NCBI GenBank assembly: GCA_017499595.2
Contig: CM039008.1
Coordinates: 1,860,001 to 1,924,000 of the forward strand
Source of the DNA: Psilocybe cubensis
Lineage: Eukaryota
Reading direction: 5' to 3'
Length of the DNA: 64,000 nucleotides
The notes beneath the pieces are model-generated. The model saw only the letters and a list, made by a program, of their open reading frames with translations. It was not told where the DNA came from and made no database searches. The position numbers and the translations under genes are program-made. Positions 50,076 through 64,000 of this stretch are shown in pieces (the stretch's first letter is position 1; each line of letters begins with the position of its first letter).

Positions 50076-51362
50076 ATTGGATAAAGATATCTAGGTACAC
50101 CAAAGGCTACGATATCCTCAGCAGCAACTATCAGGATCTCTTTAAGCAGACTTCTTTTGTTAAGGGATGCGTATGCTTGTGTCACGAAGGAGTACTGATA
50201 ACCTTATGTTCTTCCTATTATGACATTTTTAGACTACCTGACGTGGCTTGTACCTGTCCAAGACAAAGATTGGACGTGATCTGATATACTTCCTAATCCA
50301 TGATAAATTGAAACCCAGTGGATGTGTTGTGTAATTCACGTAGATCCAGTGACCGACGTCAATAAGTCGTTAATTCAATGATCATATTAGATCGGAACTA
50401 TGCAGGATAACGAGGTCCGGAATCCCATATTTTACAAGAGCTAAAAGGCCAAAGATTCGCTAAATTAGCATCGTGATTTTGTTTTTTTCCAGGTAGTTCA
50501 TATCATAGAGGCAACATCCTTATTCAGTTGAACTGAAAGCATTTAGCATACCATAGTATGTCAATTCGACGCATGAGCACTACTAGTCTGATTCCGGGAA
50601 ACACAGGATTAGGATACAGTGAAGCCCTCGTTCCGAGTCAAGAATCGATGCTGCTCTCTTGTTGCAATCATCGTGGTGCCATGTACCCGGTCCCCTTTAG
50701 CTGAGTCGTTATATGACATCAATTCGTGTCATCAGGCATTTTTACTCGGAAAGGCCTCGACAGCAAGTTATAGTACAGTGACATCATGTGGAAATCAACA
50801 CCCGCCACTCGCAAACTGTCAAAACTACACTTGGCACTGCATTTTTCTAGTATATGACCCAGAGGCGTTTATTCGGATAGAGCTCGTCAAGTTTCTTTTC
50901 GGTTTATGTGCAGACCGCACCCTGATAGTGATAAATTTCGAAGATATACTCGAGTATCCTAATCCTGACAGCGCACTCAGTAATCCTAGTGAATTGATGG
51001 GCAGGCCACATTGGCCTAAGATCAAAATCAAAGAACAGCCATGCCCAAGGTACGTAGATCATTCGCTATCATGACTCCCCAGAATTGATGTCATACAGCG
51101 CCTTCGCAAGTACTGCTCTCTTGATCAGAACAAGGAACATGAAAGGAATGGATGAAGACATGCCTCCGATTTGCTAGTACTCGTATCTAATTATAGTCAC
51201 GTACTACGCGTTGGCGCGTCAGGGTGATTCATTTCTATTCAACACTGTGTCCCATCTACAGGATAGACTTGTTTGAAAGTAAATTCGGGTCCTTGAGAGG
51301 CAGACATATATAAGGCAGCAACCGTTCCTACTCTTTCAGCAAGATTTATTTTGTGTATCATC

Positions 51363-53718
51363 ATGCACCCACATTCCATTCCGCTTAGTACAATACTCTT
51401 GACTATCCTCTCTTCATCTTTTGCAGCTACTATTGCTCACTCAGCTGAGCTCACTACACGAACATATGACTATATTATCGTCGGAGGTACATCCAGACAA
51501 CAAGTTCAAATAATCTACATACTGACAACTTGGCAGCCGGAACTGCTGGCCTTGTATTAGCGAGTCGCCTAACAGAGGATCCCAAAATCACAGTTCTCGT
51601 TTTGGAGGCTGGCGGGAGGTAAGTTAATTAGGCACTCGAGTCTTTGAGTTTTTCGTCTTCAATTCTAATTTCAATCAGTGATGCCAATAATACAGCCATT
51701 TCGACTCCTTTTTTGGCTGCGAGCTTGACTCCAAGTACGTAAATTTGACTAATTGTCCATGGATTTTGTATGAGTAAACAAAACATGCAGATACAATGGT
51801 TGACTGGAATTATACTGTTACACCTCAAGTGGGAATGGAAAACCGTACATTCGCCTATCCCCGCGGACGAGTACTAGGAGGCTGCAGTTCCGTTAGTAAG
51901 TACAATATTTTCATGCATGAAACTTTAATTTTAACTCATCATACACAGATTATTTATTCCATCAATACGGTTCAGATGAGGATTGGAACCGACTGGCATC
52001 ATTGTCGGATGATCCAGGGTGGTCATGGAATAATATGAAACGATACGTACAAAAGGTATCATATCCATATAACTGTATCGTATGTATGACCTTTGGGCTG
52101 ATAGACAAACGTTTAGCACGAGAGGTTTGTCCCGCCTGTTGATGGACACAACACCACGGGGCAATTTATCCCGTCTCTTCACGGTTTCAATGGCATGGTG
52201 CCTGTCAGCCTTCCAGGGAACAATCAGTCTGTCGATTCGCGAGTTCTTGCCGCCACAGGACAGAGCGGCCCCAAATTCACTTACAATCAAGACATGTCAG
52301 GAGGAGGCCATAGTCTTCTCGGGATTGGATTCTTACAGTCTTCCGCCGGAGGGGGGGTGAGGAGCAGCTCCTCTACTACATACTTGGCGAAAGCGGACAA
52401 AAGGCCCAACTTGACAGTATTGATTAACTCTGTGGTTACGAAGCTTGTGCAGACGGGCAACGCACATTCTGGACACAAATCATTCCGCAGCGTCGAGTTT
52501 TCTGCCTCTCCGGGTACTGCTCTATCCTCCACAGGTCCAGGTAGAGACGATCGCTATAATTTTATTACTGAAACACTCACATATTTGAAGGTAACAAGCC
52601 TGACACCGTGACCGCCAGACGAGAGGTAATCTTAGCAGCAGGCGCCGTCAATACTCCACAGATACTACAGCTTTCCGGGATTGGAGATAGCAGAGACCTC
52701 CATGAATTGGAAATCAACGCAATAATCGACAATCCTTCTGTAGGAGCCAATCTAAGTGACCACACTCTGCTTCCAAACATCTTCACTGTGAATCCACAAC
52801 ATGAAAGTGGGACATTTGACGGCGTCCTTAGGGACCCCATACAACTCAATGCTAGAATTGTTCAATGGCAGACCAACAAAACAGGTCTGCTGGTGAACAA
52901 TATCGCCAATAACTTGGGATTTTTGAGAGTTCCGTCAAACAATCCTATATTCAAAATGATCAAGGATCCTGCTCCTGGACCAAAGTCCCCTCACTGGGAG
53001 ATGATAGTCTCTGTAGGTGTCCTCGTCGAAAGTGTGATCTCCCAGGGCAATTCCACTCACTTTGATATATACAGAACTTCTTCCTCAGTCCAGGTGTACC
53101 AATACCGCCATCAGGTGGATTCATGACCATTGTTAATGTCCTTATTAGCCCGACCTCTCGTAAGCATTTTTGTGTTTGAAGCCAGCATCAATGAGTGAAC
53201 TATCTGTTCAGGTGGTACTGTCAAGCTGCGATCAAACAACCCGTTCGACAAGCCCCTCATCGACCCGAATTACTTGCGCACCGAGTTCGACATTGTAACC
53301 ATGCGCGAGTCCGTCAAATCTACCCTTGACTTTGCATCTGCGCCCGCGTTCGCAGACTACATCTCCGGGCGCTACGGCACGGCCTTCCAGCAAGCCACGA
53401 CAGACGACACGATCGACGCCTATGTGCGCTCGCTCACAACGACCATCTTTCACCCGTTCGGCACCGCAGCGATGTCGCGCCGCTCTGCGCAGTTCGGCGT
53501 TGTCAATCCAGACTTGACGGTGAAGGGAGCAGATGGACTACGAATTGTTGATGCTTCTGTCATTGTGAGTTCGTCTCCGATATGACAGAAATAGAACAGA
53601 CTCACTAAATCGCTTCATCAAGCCGTATGTGCCTAGCACGCATACACAGGGACCCGTATACCTACTAGCCGAAAGGGCAGCCGATATCATTAAGGAATCA
53701 TTCCACGAGACTGGATGA
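51363..53718 (+). CDS. secreted GMC oxidoreductase, AA3_2 (aryl-alcohol oxidase / pyranose dehydrogenase-like)
   Basis: Signal peptide, YDYIIVGAGTAG FAD motif, [42 protein letters not shown]. Catalytic His pair in TIFHPFGTA and PSTHTQGP. Confidence 0.94.
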
Positions 53719-56700
53719 GTGTATAACATCAGAGTTTGGGAATCACAGTTTTGTTCGTCGTAGATAGATCACGTTATAGTCGAAACATTATATTAATACC
53801 TTAATATCAATTTTGGGAAATTTAATCAGGATTTGGAGAGAGAAATCGACGATGAATTCAAACTGGACCTAGGCAAGTCGAGTATCTTTCCATGTCCGGA
53901 ACGGCGACAACCCAAGCAGTGCCCAGCCTTTTGGAATGGAAGACACAAGTAACAATAAACCAATAGTGTCCAGAGAGAAAAACGCACACCAAAAGGTTCG
54001 AGATAACGAATGTATGCGCATCGTGGCATAGCGCATGTACCAAGGGGCGTATATGGAACCGAAAAAAACCGAAAATTCCTGGCGAAGTTGATATTTCCGG
54101 GAACAAGACAAACATAGACCGTTGCGTCATGCTAAGCAGAGCCAAAGCCAAAAACCATAGCAAAGCAGGATGCAAGAGATAAAACTAGGGTTCACTTGTG
54201 CCTCGGATCGAGATAAAATTGATAATATGCCGTGTATTGCCACCCAGCAGCGCGCGATGGGTCCATGTGTTAGACCCTACCAGTGCATGATGCCTCGTGA
54301 AAGATGTTCTAATCGCTCGACGCCTATCGAGGGCTTATCAAAGGAAACAAAGCTTGCGCCAATGAATAGGTGTTGTTGTTATAGGGTATGGACTGTGGGT
54401 CCGAATCCCCGACTTCTAAACCCGGTCCCAGAAGAAGTGCGTACCCGACGGAGAAAATTTTGCGAGATGTCGTATTTTTTATGCGAACGGTGTACCAGAA
54501 TAGAGGCGACATGCCTCGAGGCATGATGAGACACAAGTGAGCTCCAAACGAAACTAGGGGTAATCCCGAGCGATAGCATATATGCAGTATCTTCCCTTCA
54601 AAGTTGAGAATATTGAGCTCCAAATTAATCGAAGATATTCACAGAAACAAGCGAGAGAAGTGATAAAATTTTCCGCGACGTGTGCGTTGATTTCTTCATG
54701 CGATAGCCAGTCTCCACTCGGAATACTCTCGGAATGCGAGGAAGGGGTATACGAGCGAGTTTCAGATGCAGGGTTTCATGATATCTGGGTGATTTTTCGA
54801 GTAGCATTTTCAGGAAAGCAACGGATTAGAGCACGGAAGAGGCACCAACGATGCTCTGAAATACCTACCTGTCGTTGACGTTGAAGATGTCAACAAGAGC
54901 GTAACGTGAGACTTGTGTATACGACAATAGAGCATGGATGTCCAGATCGCAGATAGCAAGAGAAGTCACCCTTCTAGTCGCTGGGCCGAGTACACGACGG
55001 ATAGGACTCCAACAACTTTCTGTTCCATTGGGAAAACAAATCCCGCCTTGTGTCGTCGATTTCGGCATGCCGTGTTGTAATATTGTTGGGTTCAGAGCAA
55101 TGACGCGACATGGGACATTGGGCAAAGGGTACATAGAGAATACATCGCACCCAAGAGGAGCTGAGATTTTCCTGTTACCGCACGACGGGTTGATTATATT
55201 GATCCTCGAGGCGCTCAGTCGCGGGAGCTGAGCATCGCTTGCGAATGATAACAAATCAACGACGGAATCCCGCAAGCCAGGCCGCAATAGCGAACATGTC
55301 GCGAAAAGCAGACGATCAAATCTGGTAAAAAGAGAAATGTTAACAAGCAAACAAAATGGGCGCACTGGTATTCGCCTGCGAATCCTCTCCTTGTCTCGAA
55401 CTACCTTCGAACTACACGCCGCCTACGCGTTCCGCGTCCTCGCCCATGCGTTGATTACCCAGAGAAATACCCATACGACCCACGTCGAGACTAATTTGTG
55501 CGAGAGAATTGAGTCCAAGAAGAGAAATTGGTGCAACGTGTGTGGTGGAGGTGCGGTCCAACAGGCTACCACTGGGCGGCGGCGGGGCCTGCAGGTTTCC
55601 TGCAGGAAACCGCGTGTTCCTTTGCCTTTTATGGTAATTTGATTTTCCCTCCGCTGATGGCGACTTCGGACCGAATTTCAATACCTTGTTTTTTTTCGAA
55701 ACAGCTGGTCAAACTGCGCCTACGAGATACAGGAAACTGTAATCTGACACTACTCACAGCATACATCCAATCGAGCAAATAAAATACTAGGCGGAATTAC
55801 TGGCAACACGACTTTGTGAATGCGCTATATGTGCGTGATCTGAGAGTAATATAGTGCACAATACGGCCAAATATACTGGGTATGCCGTTGATCAGAATTC
55901 GTCGTGTCATTCAGTCATTGCGGAGTAGAGCTAGTAATAAGAATCCCCATGCACACATTTAGACCTCCCCACTTGCGCCGATCAGTAGTATAGTAACGAG
56001 ACATTTTGGCTTATGAATGAACGTCGAACGTCCGACTACTTGCACAAGGCACTCCATAAGCGCTTAAAATACATTCGCGAAGATAAGAAACACGCGTTCA
56101 AGGCTCTACAAGAGAGAGAGAGACGTTAGATTGTCGAAAAGGTGATTATTGGATTGGGCGATACAGCCTGGACTCGTTTCCGCAAAAATAACCTCATATC
56201 TATCCGCATAAACCAGCGTACCAGATCGCATTTTAGGCCAAAAGTACTCACAGCTTGACTGCTTATCTACATCATAAATAGAGACCTCACTCTACAGACA
56301 CCTATCTAATGCGCGTGCTGCCCAGGGAAGCAACAGGTTAAAACGCTTATCGGGGACTAAGACCACCGTGACGTCTTTCCGTAGCCTCATCGTTCCTCCA
56401 AACCTTCTCACATAAAGCACTGCTAGTACTTCGGACTATCGGGCGTACACCAAAAATAGCACGCCCATCAAGGACCAACAACAACCTGAACAAGCACCAT
56501 CACGCACGTAGAATGCGAGACTAAATGACGGGTATCGGTGGTATCCATCTCCCTCTCGCGCGCTCTCAGGCTACCTGCATGTGCACTTGAGAACATTTCG
56601 CGAACACCCGTGCGCTGAATCCTGATGCGAAGAGAGGCAATCTATATACATACGTACGTAGTTTACACACCCATTACGGATTTTTACGACTCTACCTACG

Positions 56701-58479
56701 ACTCGGAATACAAGCCCTATCGAGCCGATGACGCGAAACGCTCGCAGCATCGCATCGGAGCAGAGAAGGCGACTTTACTTATCTACATCTATATCTCTAT
56801 CTATATCGATAATCTACCCAGCGCATTTAATTCATTATCTACAATGGTCCCTGCAATACTTACGTTGCACGACGATATGTAATTAATGCGATGAGACCTT
56901 CACCTCGGACATGCATTTCACATTCGCAGACGAAGTGGGCTCTTCACTCATCCCGTCCATTCACATCACATCACATCATTATACCGGCCATACCAATGAT
57001 CATATTCTCAATTCATAACTCAATGCCGTACCAGACTCCGACGACGCGCGCCGGTTAACGCAACGCGTCAAAGACACAAAGTTAACTAAAGAGTCATTTT
57101 CCCACCTCCCATCTAAAAATACCACGCCTACCGTCATTCTGAATCGTGATTTGTAGCAGCATATTACTACATAGCACTGAGCAGGCACATTATACACTGA
57201 TGACACTGATTATGAATCTTGATGGGGACACGCGCTGGATAATTCATTAAGCTCACTGTCCCACGGAATGTCACCAGCGGAAATCATGCAAAGCAAACAA
57301 AAGCAAACCTGACAGTGACCCCGATACAAATTTAGCGCTTGCAAAAAAAGAAAGCAAAATAAAACAAAGCGGCAACTCGCGAGCGGCGCATGTGTCATGT
57401 CGCCAGCCACTGGCACGTCCAAAAATAGAAAACGGCTGCGCTACAGGGCTTTTCATCTTATTTACTTCAAAGTACAGTACAGCTACAATTGGCCGGTGCA
57501 GGCTTGTAAGTTGTTAGAGCCTAGTCGAATGAATGAGGCTGGCCAGGTCAGGGACTGGGAAGAGCGAGGCGGCGCGCGTAATTCTCGGAGTAATTGCGCT
57601 AAAACTAAAGTGGGTTCCAGTGTGGTTGGCTGGTTACTGGCTGCCTACGCTTGCTCTTGAATCAGGCTTGCCGGTTTATGATCAGGATTTGGGCTCGATG
57701 CGTCTATGGTCACTGAAGCGACTTTGCTTGATTCAGTATTATTGGTATACGTAGTCACGGTACGCGAATGGTATTTTCAATATATTGGTTGTTGCGGAAA
57801 TTGCCCGGTTGAGTGCTCGCGCTCAACCTTCACGGTCAACGCGTTCATATATTACAGTAAGGTTTTTAAGTAACTACAGTAATATATTGTATCCAGGTAC
57901 ATACCCTAACAATGAATATAGGAAAGCGGATGACGACGGTGGAGCACGCGAACCGTCGTGTTGTGGGTACGGACAATTGAGTAGATAACACCCTGACACA
58001 AATTACTGTAAGCCCATTGACAACTCGCCACGAGAACCCGGGCAAAACAGAAACAGACTCTCCATCCGCTCTCCTAATTCCTGAGACTGAGGAGGCTGAG
58101 TCTTGAAAAAAACCCCGAGAGCAAGCTTGTTCCGCCCGACATCGACCGTCGATCCACGATATCATAATATTGAATACGGATATTATATTAATCACTCTAC
58201 CCCTTGCTTCATCATAATTCCCATTGTCCCTCTGCTCTACTCTACTACGGAGTCAGATTACAGTTGGATCCGGCCTCTAACTTGAAGACGGAGTCGTCCA
58301 ATAGCTAATTAATGGGTATGTATATATATGATATATGAATACTTGTGTTACACGTACACGAGGCTCGGAGCCGAATGTATCTTTACCGATACCGCAGCAG
58401 AACGCAGCGCACACATAACACGTAACTCGTTCGCGCAGCTCTATTACTATTAGTACCTCCCCAGGGCCTACAGGGCCCA

Positions 58480-60200
58480 CGGACCAAAGTAAGGCAAAGC
58501 ACTAACACACAGCCAAACAGCCAAACAAGCAAACAAATAAATAAACAAACAAATACCGGACAAACACCCACTTAGTCCGAGTCCGAGTCCAGTTCCACAC
58601 ACTTTGCGCCGCAGATCCTGTACAGCGGCGCTTCTCAGCTACTCCGCAGTGTCCAACCACGGCGCACACTCATACTTACAACTTACAACTTACAACATAC
58701 AACTTGAACTTGATGCGCGTCCAATCGCCGCTAGCGCTACTCACGGAAGGTGTGGATGATTCACCGTGACCGTGCAAAAGTCATTCTTTCTTCATCTTCA
58801 TCTTCATCTTCATCTTCATCTTCATCTTCATCTTCCTCTGTGTCTGCGTCTGCGTCTGTGTCTGCGTCTGCGTCTTCCTTTGGCTCTGCATATCGCGTCG
58901 CGTCGCGTCACGTCATGTCCGAGTGTCGTGTCGCATCGCGTTGTATCAAAACGAAGTGTCGAACCAGGATAATATAATGGGTATAGATAGTAGATAGGTG
59001 AATGGTAACGCCAGTTTACCACCACCACCACCACCACCAACTCTTTCCCCTTCTCTTCCTCTTCCTTCTATTCCTCCCCCTTCCATTCCTCTTCCTCTCC
59101 TCCTCTTCCTTCTCTTCCTCTTCCACGACCTCCGGGCGACGAGAGGAGGAGGAGTCGAGAGGAGCCGAGAGGAGTCGAGAGGAGTCAAGTCGAGTTGAAT
59201 CGAGTCAGAGATAGGACGCGTCAGAGATAGGAAGCGTCAGAGATAGCCCGAGTCAGAGTCATAGATAAGACAACAACTTAAATTTACCAGGATGGATTTC
59301 AACAGAATCATGAGCGCGCTATGAATGTGCAAAGCAGAGCAGAGCAGCGCGGCGCACGTCGCAGAGCACGTCGCAGAGCAGAGCGCAGCAAATAAAGCAT
59401 GTTGCAGAGCAGAGCAAAGCACAAGTAGTACATAACGTTGGGTCTATAGCGGTAGTAATAACATACCTGGCTGGCTCAGATTGTAAGTGGAACGTTCACG
59501 AACTTTCCTCTTCCCTCCCGTCAAAAATCCAAAACAATAATATAAAAATAAAACAAATACTTTTTTTTGCATTGAATCCGCCGAATGCGAATGCGAGTGC
59601 GAGTGCGAATCGTACTTGGACTCGGATTCAGCGAGTCGGATTCAAAGAGTCGGATTGCAGTTGTAATGCAAATTGATTGAATTAGGAATGCAATGGAAGA
59701 CACCCTCAACTTTCCCTCAAACCCCCAACCCCCAACCTCCACCCCGAACCTCGAACATCAACTTCGAACTTCGAACCGAACCTCGAACCTCGGAGCGCGC
59801 ATCTTCCGACTCTACCCACCTACCCACCTACTCGCGCGTGCCGATACTTCGCCACGCAATACGCAAGCCCGGCGCTAATTGCCTTACTATTAGTCATCCA
59901 TTGCAGATACGGATATCACCCGCGCAAATCCTGCATTGAACTTTGTAAGTGTGTATTACTTGTTACTCGTTACTTGTTATTGCGCCTTTTTTGATTTGTA
60001 ATGAAGATGGAAGATGGAAGATGCCAGAAGATGGAAGATGCCAGAAGGTGGAAGATGGAGGCGGGGAGTGTCGGGATATTATTAATATTATGAAGAACCT
60101 TGGATTGGATTGGATTGGTAAGTCGGGAGTCGGTGTCGGTGTGTCGGGGTGTCGGTGAGTGAGTGAGTGTGAATGTGAGTGTAATACGGGTATTGGTGGG
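58480..60200. repeat. microsatellite-dense intergenic tract: (TCTTCA)n, (ACTTACA)n, (CCA)n, (GCAGA)n, (GAAGATG)n, (GGATT)n
   Basis: About 8 TCTTCA units at 58789-58835 plus many short arrays nearby. Confidence 0.85.
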
Positions 60201-61398
60201 TGTATGTCAAATGTAAGTGTGCTTGGTAGTGCGAGTATAGTACTGTCTATATGTGAATTTAGATTCACAGGCCAGTGTCTTTTAGTTTTACCTAGCGCGT
60301 CATTTCATTATGTTGATGTTCCGAGACAGTTCAGGGTCGACGGACAAACACACCTCGCCACTCGCACCTCGCAACAGAGCACAACGGAGCCGGAACCACC
60401 TACATTCACATTACAATAGAGCACAAATCAGGAACTCTACCGCCAAGCGGCTGCTAGCGCAAACTTTTGACGCTAACGGTTCATTTCGCGTTGTGTTGCG
60501 ACTTGCCGACCGGCGGTGAGAGCGGGTGGGAGCGGGAATTGGAAAGGATCGATGCCAGGTCAAGGAGGGTTATGAGGAAAGGATAAGGAAAGGAAAAGGA
60601 AAGGGAAAGGACGAATGGAACAGCGCCGAGGAGGTTATTTTTAGCACTGTTAGTTAGTGTGCGCCAAGTGGCAAAAAGTGAATATTGAATACTTGGACAA
60701 AGGATTTGGATGGAAACAGGTATTTGGGATTGGGATTGAGATTGAGATTGATGAAAGGGATGTACATGGTCCATGTATGTCTTTATTGCACACTGCTTTG
60801 AATCGAAAATACACAAAGCACAAAGGGGCAGCGCATCATCAAAGCTTGTTTGTATGTATGGGCTAAAGCAGCGGGGATCGTGCAACGTGCAACATCCATC
60901 AGGTGGCCAGGAGAGAGGACTGATACGACGATGATGGGGACTATTATTGGTATGCATGGAATGGAGGCGGGAATGCCACGTCGGATGTGTCGTAACCTCG
61001 TGTATCAGCGAGCAGCGCGTGGGAAAGCGAGGAGGGATTGGGATTTGGGCGGGAGAGAGCGAGTGGAGGATGGTTCGCCCTAACCCAGATGATGGCCTGC
61101 AGGCAACAGGCAGGAAGAGATGTAATCTGGATAGAGATCTGAGTTGTGGACAGAATGGGCCAAGGGTATGTATAGATGCCATCATCAGACTTAGCCCCGA
61201 ATAGATGCGACGCCTTTATACACCGCTAAACTTTTTTTCCCCTTCGCCCTATAGTCACTATCTTGCCTTTACCTCCCTCCTTCCCTCCCCTCCATTTCTC
61301 CGTTTCTCCCCCCCGCTCCCTCTTTTCCGCCCCGTCTTTCTCTACGACCTGCGACGACCACCATTTTTTAACTCTCTAACCCACTCTATCCAGGTCAG

Positions 61399-63497
61399 AT
61401 GCTCACCCTCGCCCCAGGGTGCGCTTGCGATGTCTGCGCAGAGGAATACGGGCCTCACAGACTCCCCCACTCCATCCCCTGCGGTCTGTTTGACCTTTCA
61501 ATCCCACAAAAAAATCTACTTATTCTTTTTCATACACAGGCCATGTCCTCTGCGCTCCCTGCTGCACCACCATCGTCGAAAAAACAGCCGCGCGTCTCTC
61601 GCCCGCCTGCCCATTCTGCAGAGAACATTTCACAGCTGACGCAATGCGTCTCATCCGCATGGACTTTACCACTTCTGGCTGGAGCACCCCCCGCCGCTTC
61701 CCTGCTATGGAAACTCTCACCGACTCGCTCATGACTTCCGAGATGCTCCAGCGCAAAACCGCACACCTTATGAGCTCGGGGAAAGGACGGATAGAGGTGC
61801 GAAGGCTCGAGGAAAAAGTCGCTCGCATCGCCGCGAAAAAGTGCAGTGTTGAAGAGGTCAGCGGGCTGTACAAGGAGCTAGAGGAGTGGCTGCTTGCGGA
61901 AAAGGACGACCAGGTGAGTATTTTTTTTTTTTCTTTCTGTTTGCGCGATGAGGGGGGGGATGGGCGGTAACCCTACGCCCTCCGCGCTTTCCCCTTTCGT
62001 CCGTATGTCCGGAGACAATGGCATGACAAAACGCTTTTTTTCACCTTCTCCGAGCTACGCATGCATTTGACTCGACGGGCGTCGTCGCTGACTCACCTTT
62101 ATCTCTCTTCTCTCTCTATCGATGCCGGCCATGTCATATACCAACTGCTAACAATGACGTAATTTGTGTTTGTTTCCGTGCAGACTTCTTCGCTCTTTCT
62201 CTCCGCCGCCCTCCTCCGCGCCATTCTCATGAACCATCTCGCACATTCCGACGCGAGCAAGGCCGCCAAGACCACAGAGGCCAACCTCAAACACAAGGTC
62301 GATGACCTCGAACAACAGAGCAACCGCCTAGACGCTGAAGTTCGCAAGTCCGTAATCCTTTCTTTTCTTTCTTGATCTTTACCAATCATATATGACTCCA
62401 GATATCGCTCGCAATACAACCAAAAATCGCAAGAATGCCAGCAGCTCCGTACTGAAGTCCAGCAGCTGCGCGCACTCGCGACCACACTCGGCGTTACCCC
62501 GCCAGAGTTCCCCTCTGTCCCCACATCCCCCACCCCATCCCCGGCGCCCTACGCCACATCCTCCGCCTCATCTTCCGCCGCTTCCTCCGCCACATCCACC
62601 CCCGCCACCAGCCCACCCACCAGCCCGCCGACATCGCCCACCCCAGGCGGACGCTACACCTCCATGCACACACGCTCCGCGTCCCTCTCCTCACGACCCA
62701 CCACCCCGGGCATCGGCCTTATGCACTCGCTCTCGCACGGCCCAACTTCCCCCACACGCTCTCACACACCCGCTGTGCGCTCGCATACCCCCGGACCACC
62801 CCCATCCACCTCCAGCGGCGCAGCGGGTCTCGACAGGGACGGCTCTGTGCGCAGACCGTACACACCTGGACCGGGCCCATCCACCGCCTCTGCCGCCGCG
62901 GAAGCACACAAGCTCATGCGCAGCCAGACCCCGCTGCCCCCGCGCTCGCACACCCCCGCGCCCGCCGCAACAATGCGCTCGCAGACCCCCGGACCGGACA
63001 AGCACTACACCAGCGCGTCGCAGTATGCGCAGCAGCAGGCCGCAGCGGCCGCTGCTGCCCCTCCGGTGCCGTCTATTCCTTCGCGGTTCACGACTGGCTT
63101 GGGGAGCGCGGGTGCTGGCGCGCCGCTGCCCCCGCCTAAACCGCGCAGACTTAGCACGCCGAGTCCGCCTGCAGCCAAGATGATGAGCCGGAGCACGTCG
63201 GACGACAAGTACGGGTATCATTCGACGGCGCACCATGCCCATGCGCCGTCGCACTCGATCTCTGCTAACAATAACATTAATACCTACCACGGGCAGCAGC
63301 ACCAGGTGTGGATGCCGCCCGTGCCGGTGTCGGCGGATGATGATTATGTGATTAGGAATTCGGAGAGGGATGCGGGGAGGGATTATGCGAAGGAGGCGAG
63401 GGACAAGGAGAGGTATGGTGCGAGTCTTGCGAGGAGCAGTACAGCGCGCCCGGCGTCCCGCGCGGGCGGGTTCGTGGGCGGGCTGTTTAAGCGCTGA
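61399..63497 (+). CDS. RING-HC zinc-finger protein with coiled coil and Pro/Ser/Thr-rich tail, about 4 exons
   Basis: CDVC..PHSIPCG/HVLCAPC..CPFCR (C3HC4) across an intron. Coiled coil LKHKVDDLEQQSNRLDAEVRK. TGA at 63495-63497. Confidence 0.85.
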
Positions 63498-64000
63498 TGC
63501 AGATTCGTGATGCATTTTGTGCGGTTGTTGGTGTTGGTGTGGTTGGTGTGTGGGTTGTTTTGCAGTTTCAGGTTCCTTCGTAACTTTATTTTTTTTACGC
63601 CGGATGTTCTGTTCGGTTGTGGCTCCCTTCCTTGCTTTGTCTCCTCGCTTGCTTGCTTTCGCTTTTTGTGCCTCTGCCTCTGCCTCTCTCAATCTCTGGT
63701 TCGACATATAGACTTCTCCCTTCTCATTCCCCTTCCCCTTCCCCGTCTCTCTCCCTGTCTCTATTTTCTTAAAGTTTCTTCTCTCTCTCTCTCTCTGTGA
63801 TGATTCACGATCCACGATCCCCATTCCCATTCCACTCACATTTCATCTTCCATCATCCATCATTCATGGTCTTCATCTTCATCTATCTTCATTATCACTT
63901 CACTTTTCTCATCATCCATCATCCATCTTCATGATCATCGTCAACATACCCCTCGCCAATTCTCAATATCCCATTTCCACTCTACTGCATGTATATCATT

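Noticed and set aside
53826-58300. Many short ORFs downstream of the GMC gene
   Set aside because: No recognisable domain or consistent exon chain. A degraded gene cannot be excluded.
62691-63839. 382-aa minus-strand ORF
   Set aside because: Antisense shadow of the GC-rich RING gene exon plus low-complexity 3' sequence.

Overview
Intron-rich fungal DNA, most likely from an agaricomycete (mushroom-forming basidiomycete). The left flank carries host genes on the minus strand: a BCP/DOT5-type peroxiredoxin, an RNI-like LRR protein, a GST-fold protein and transaldolase. The right flank carries a cytochrome P450, a secreted AA3_2 GMC oxidoreductase and a RING-finger protein on the plus strand. 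Between them (18.9-47.2 kb) is a transposon island with three elements. (1) A young Ty1/copia retrotransposon (18912-36592) has identical 374-bp LTRs, a GGATG target duplication and a half-tRNA-iMet-type PBS. Each LTR holds an intron-containing copy and a precisely spliced copy of the same segment. (2) A 12.3-kb CxC2-KDZ (Kyakuja-Dileera-Zisupton) DNA transposon (19622-31902) is nested in the copia RNase H region. It has an 8-bp target duplication, inverted TTATCCA-motif arrays at both ends and four cargo genes. (3) A ~10-kb Plavaka transposon (about 37098-47184) has 21-bp imperfect TIRs and carries a DUF6698-like gene plus captured fragments of PDA1 and Ran/GSP1. All family assignments come from motif recognition by eye, and exon boundaries are manual estimates.
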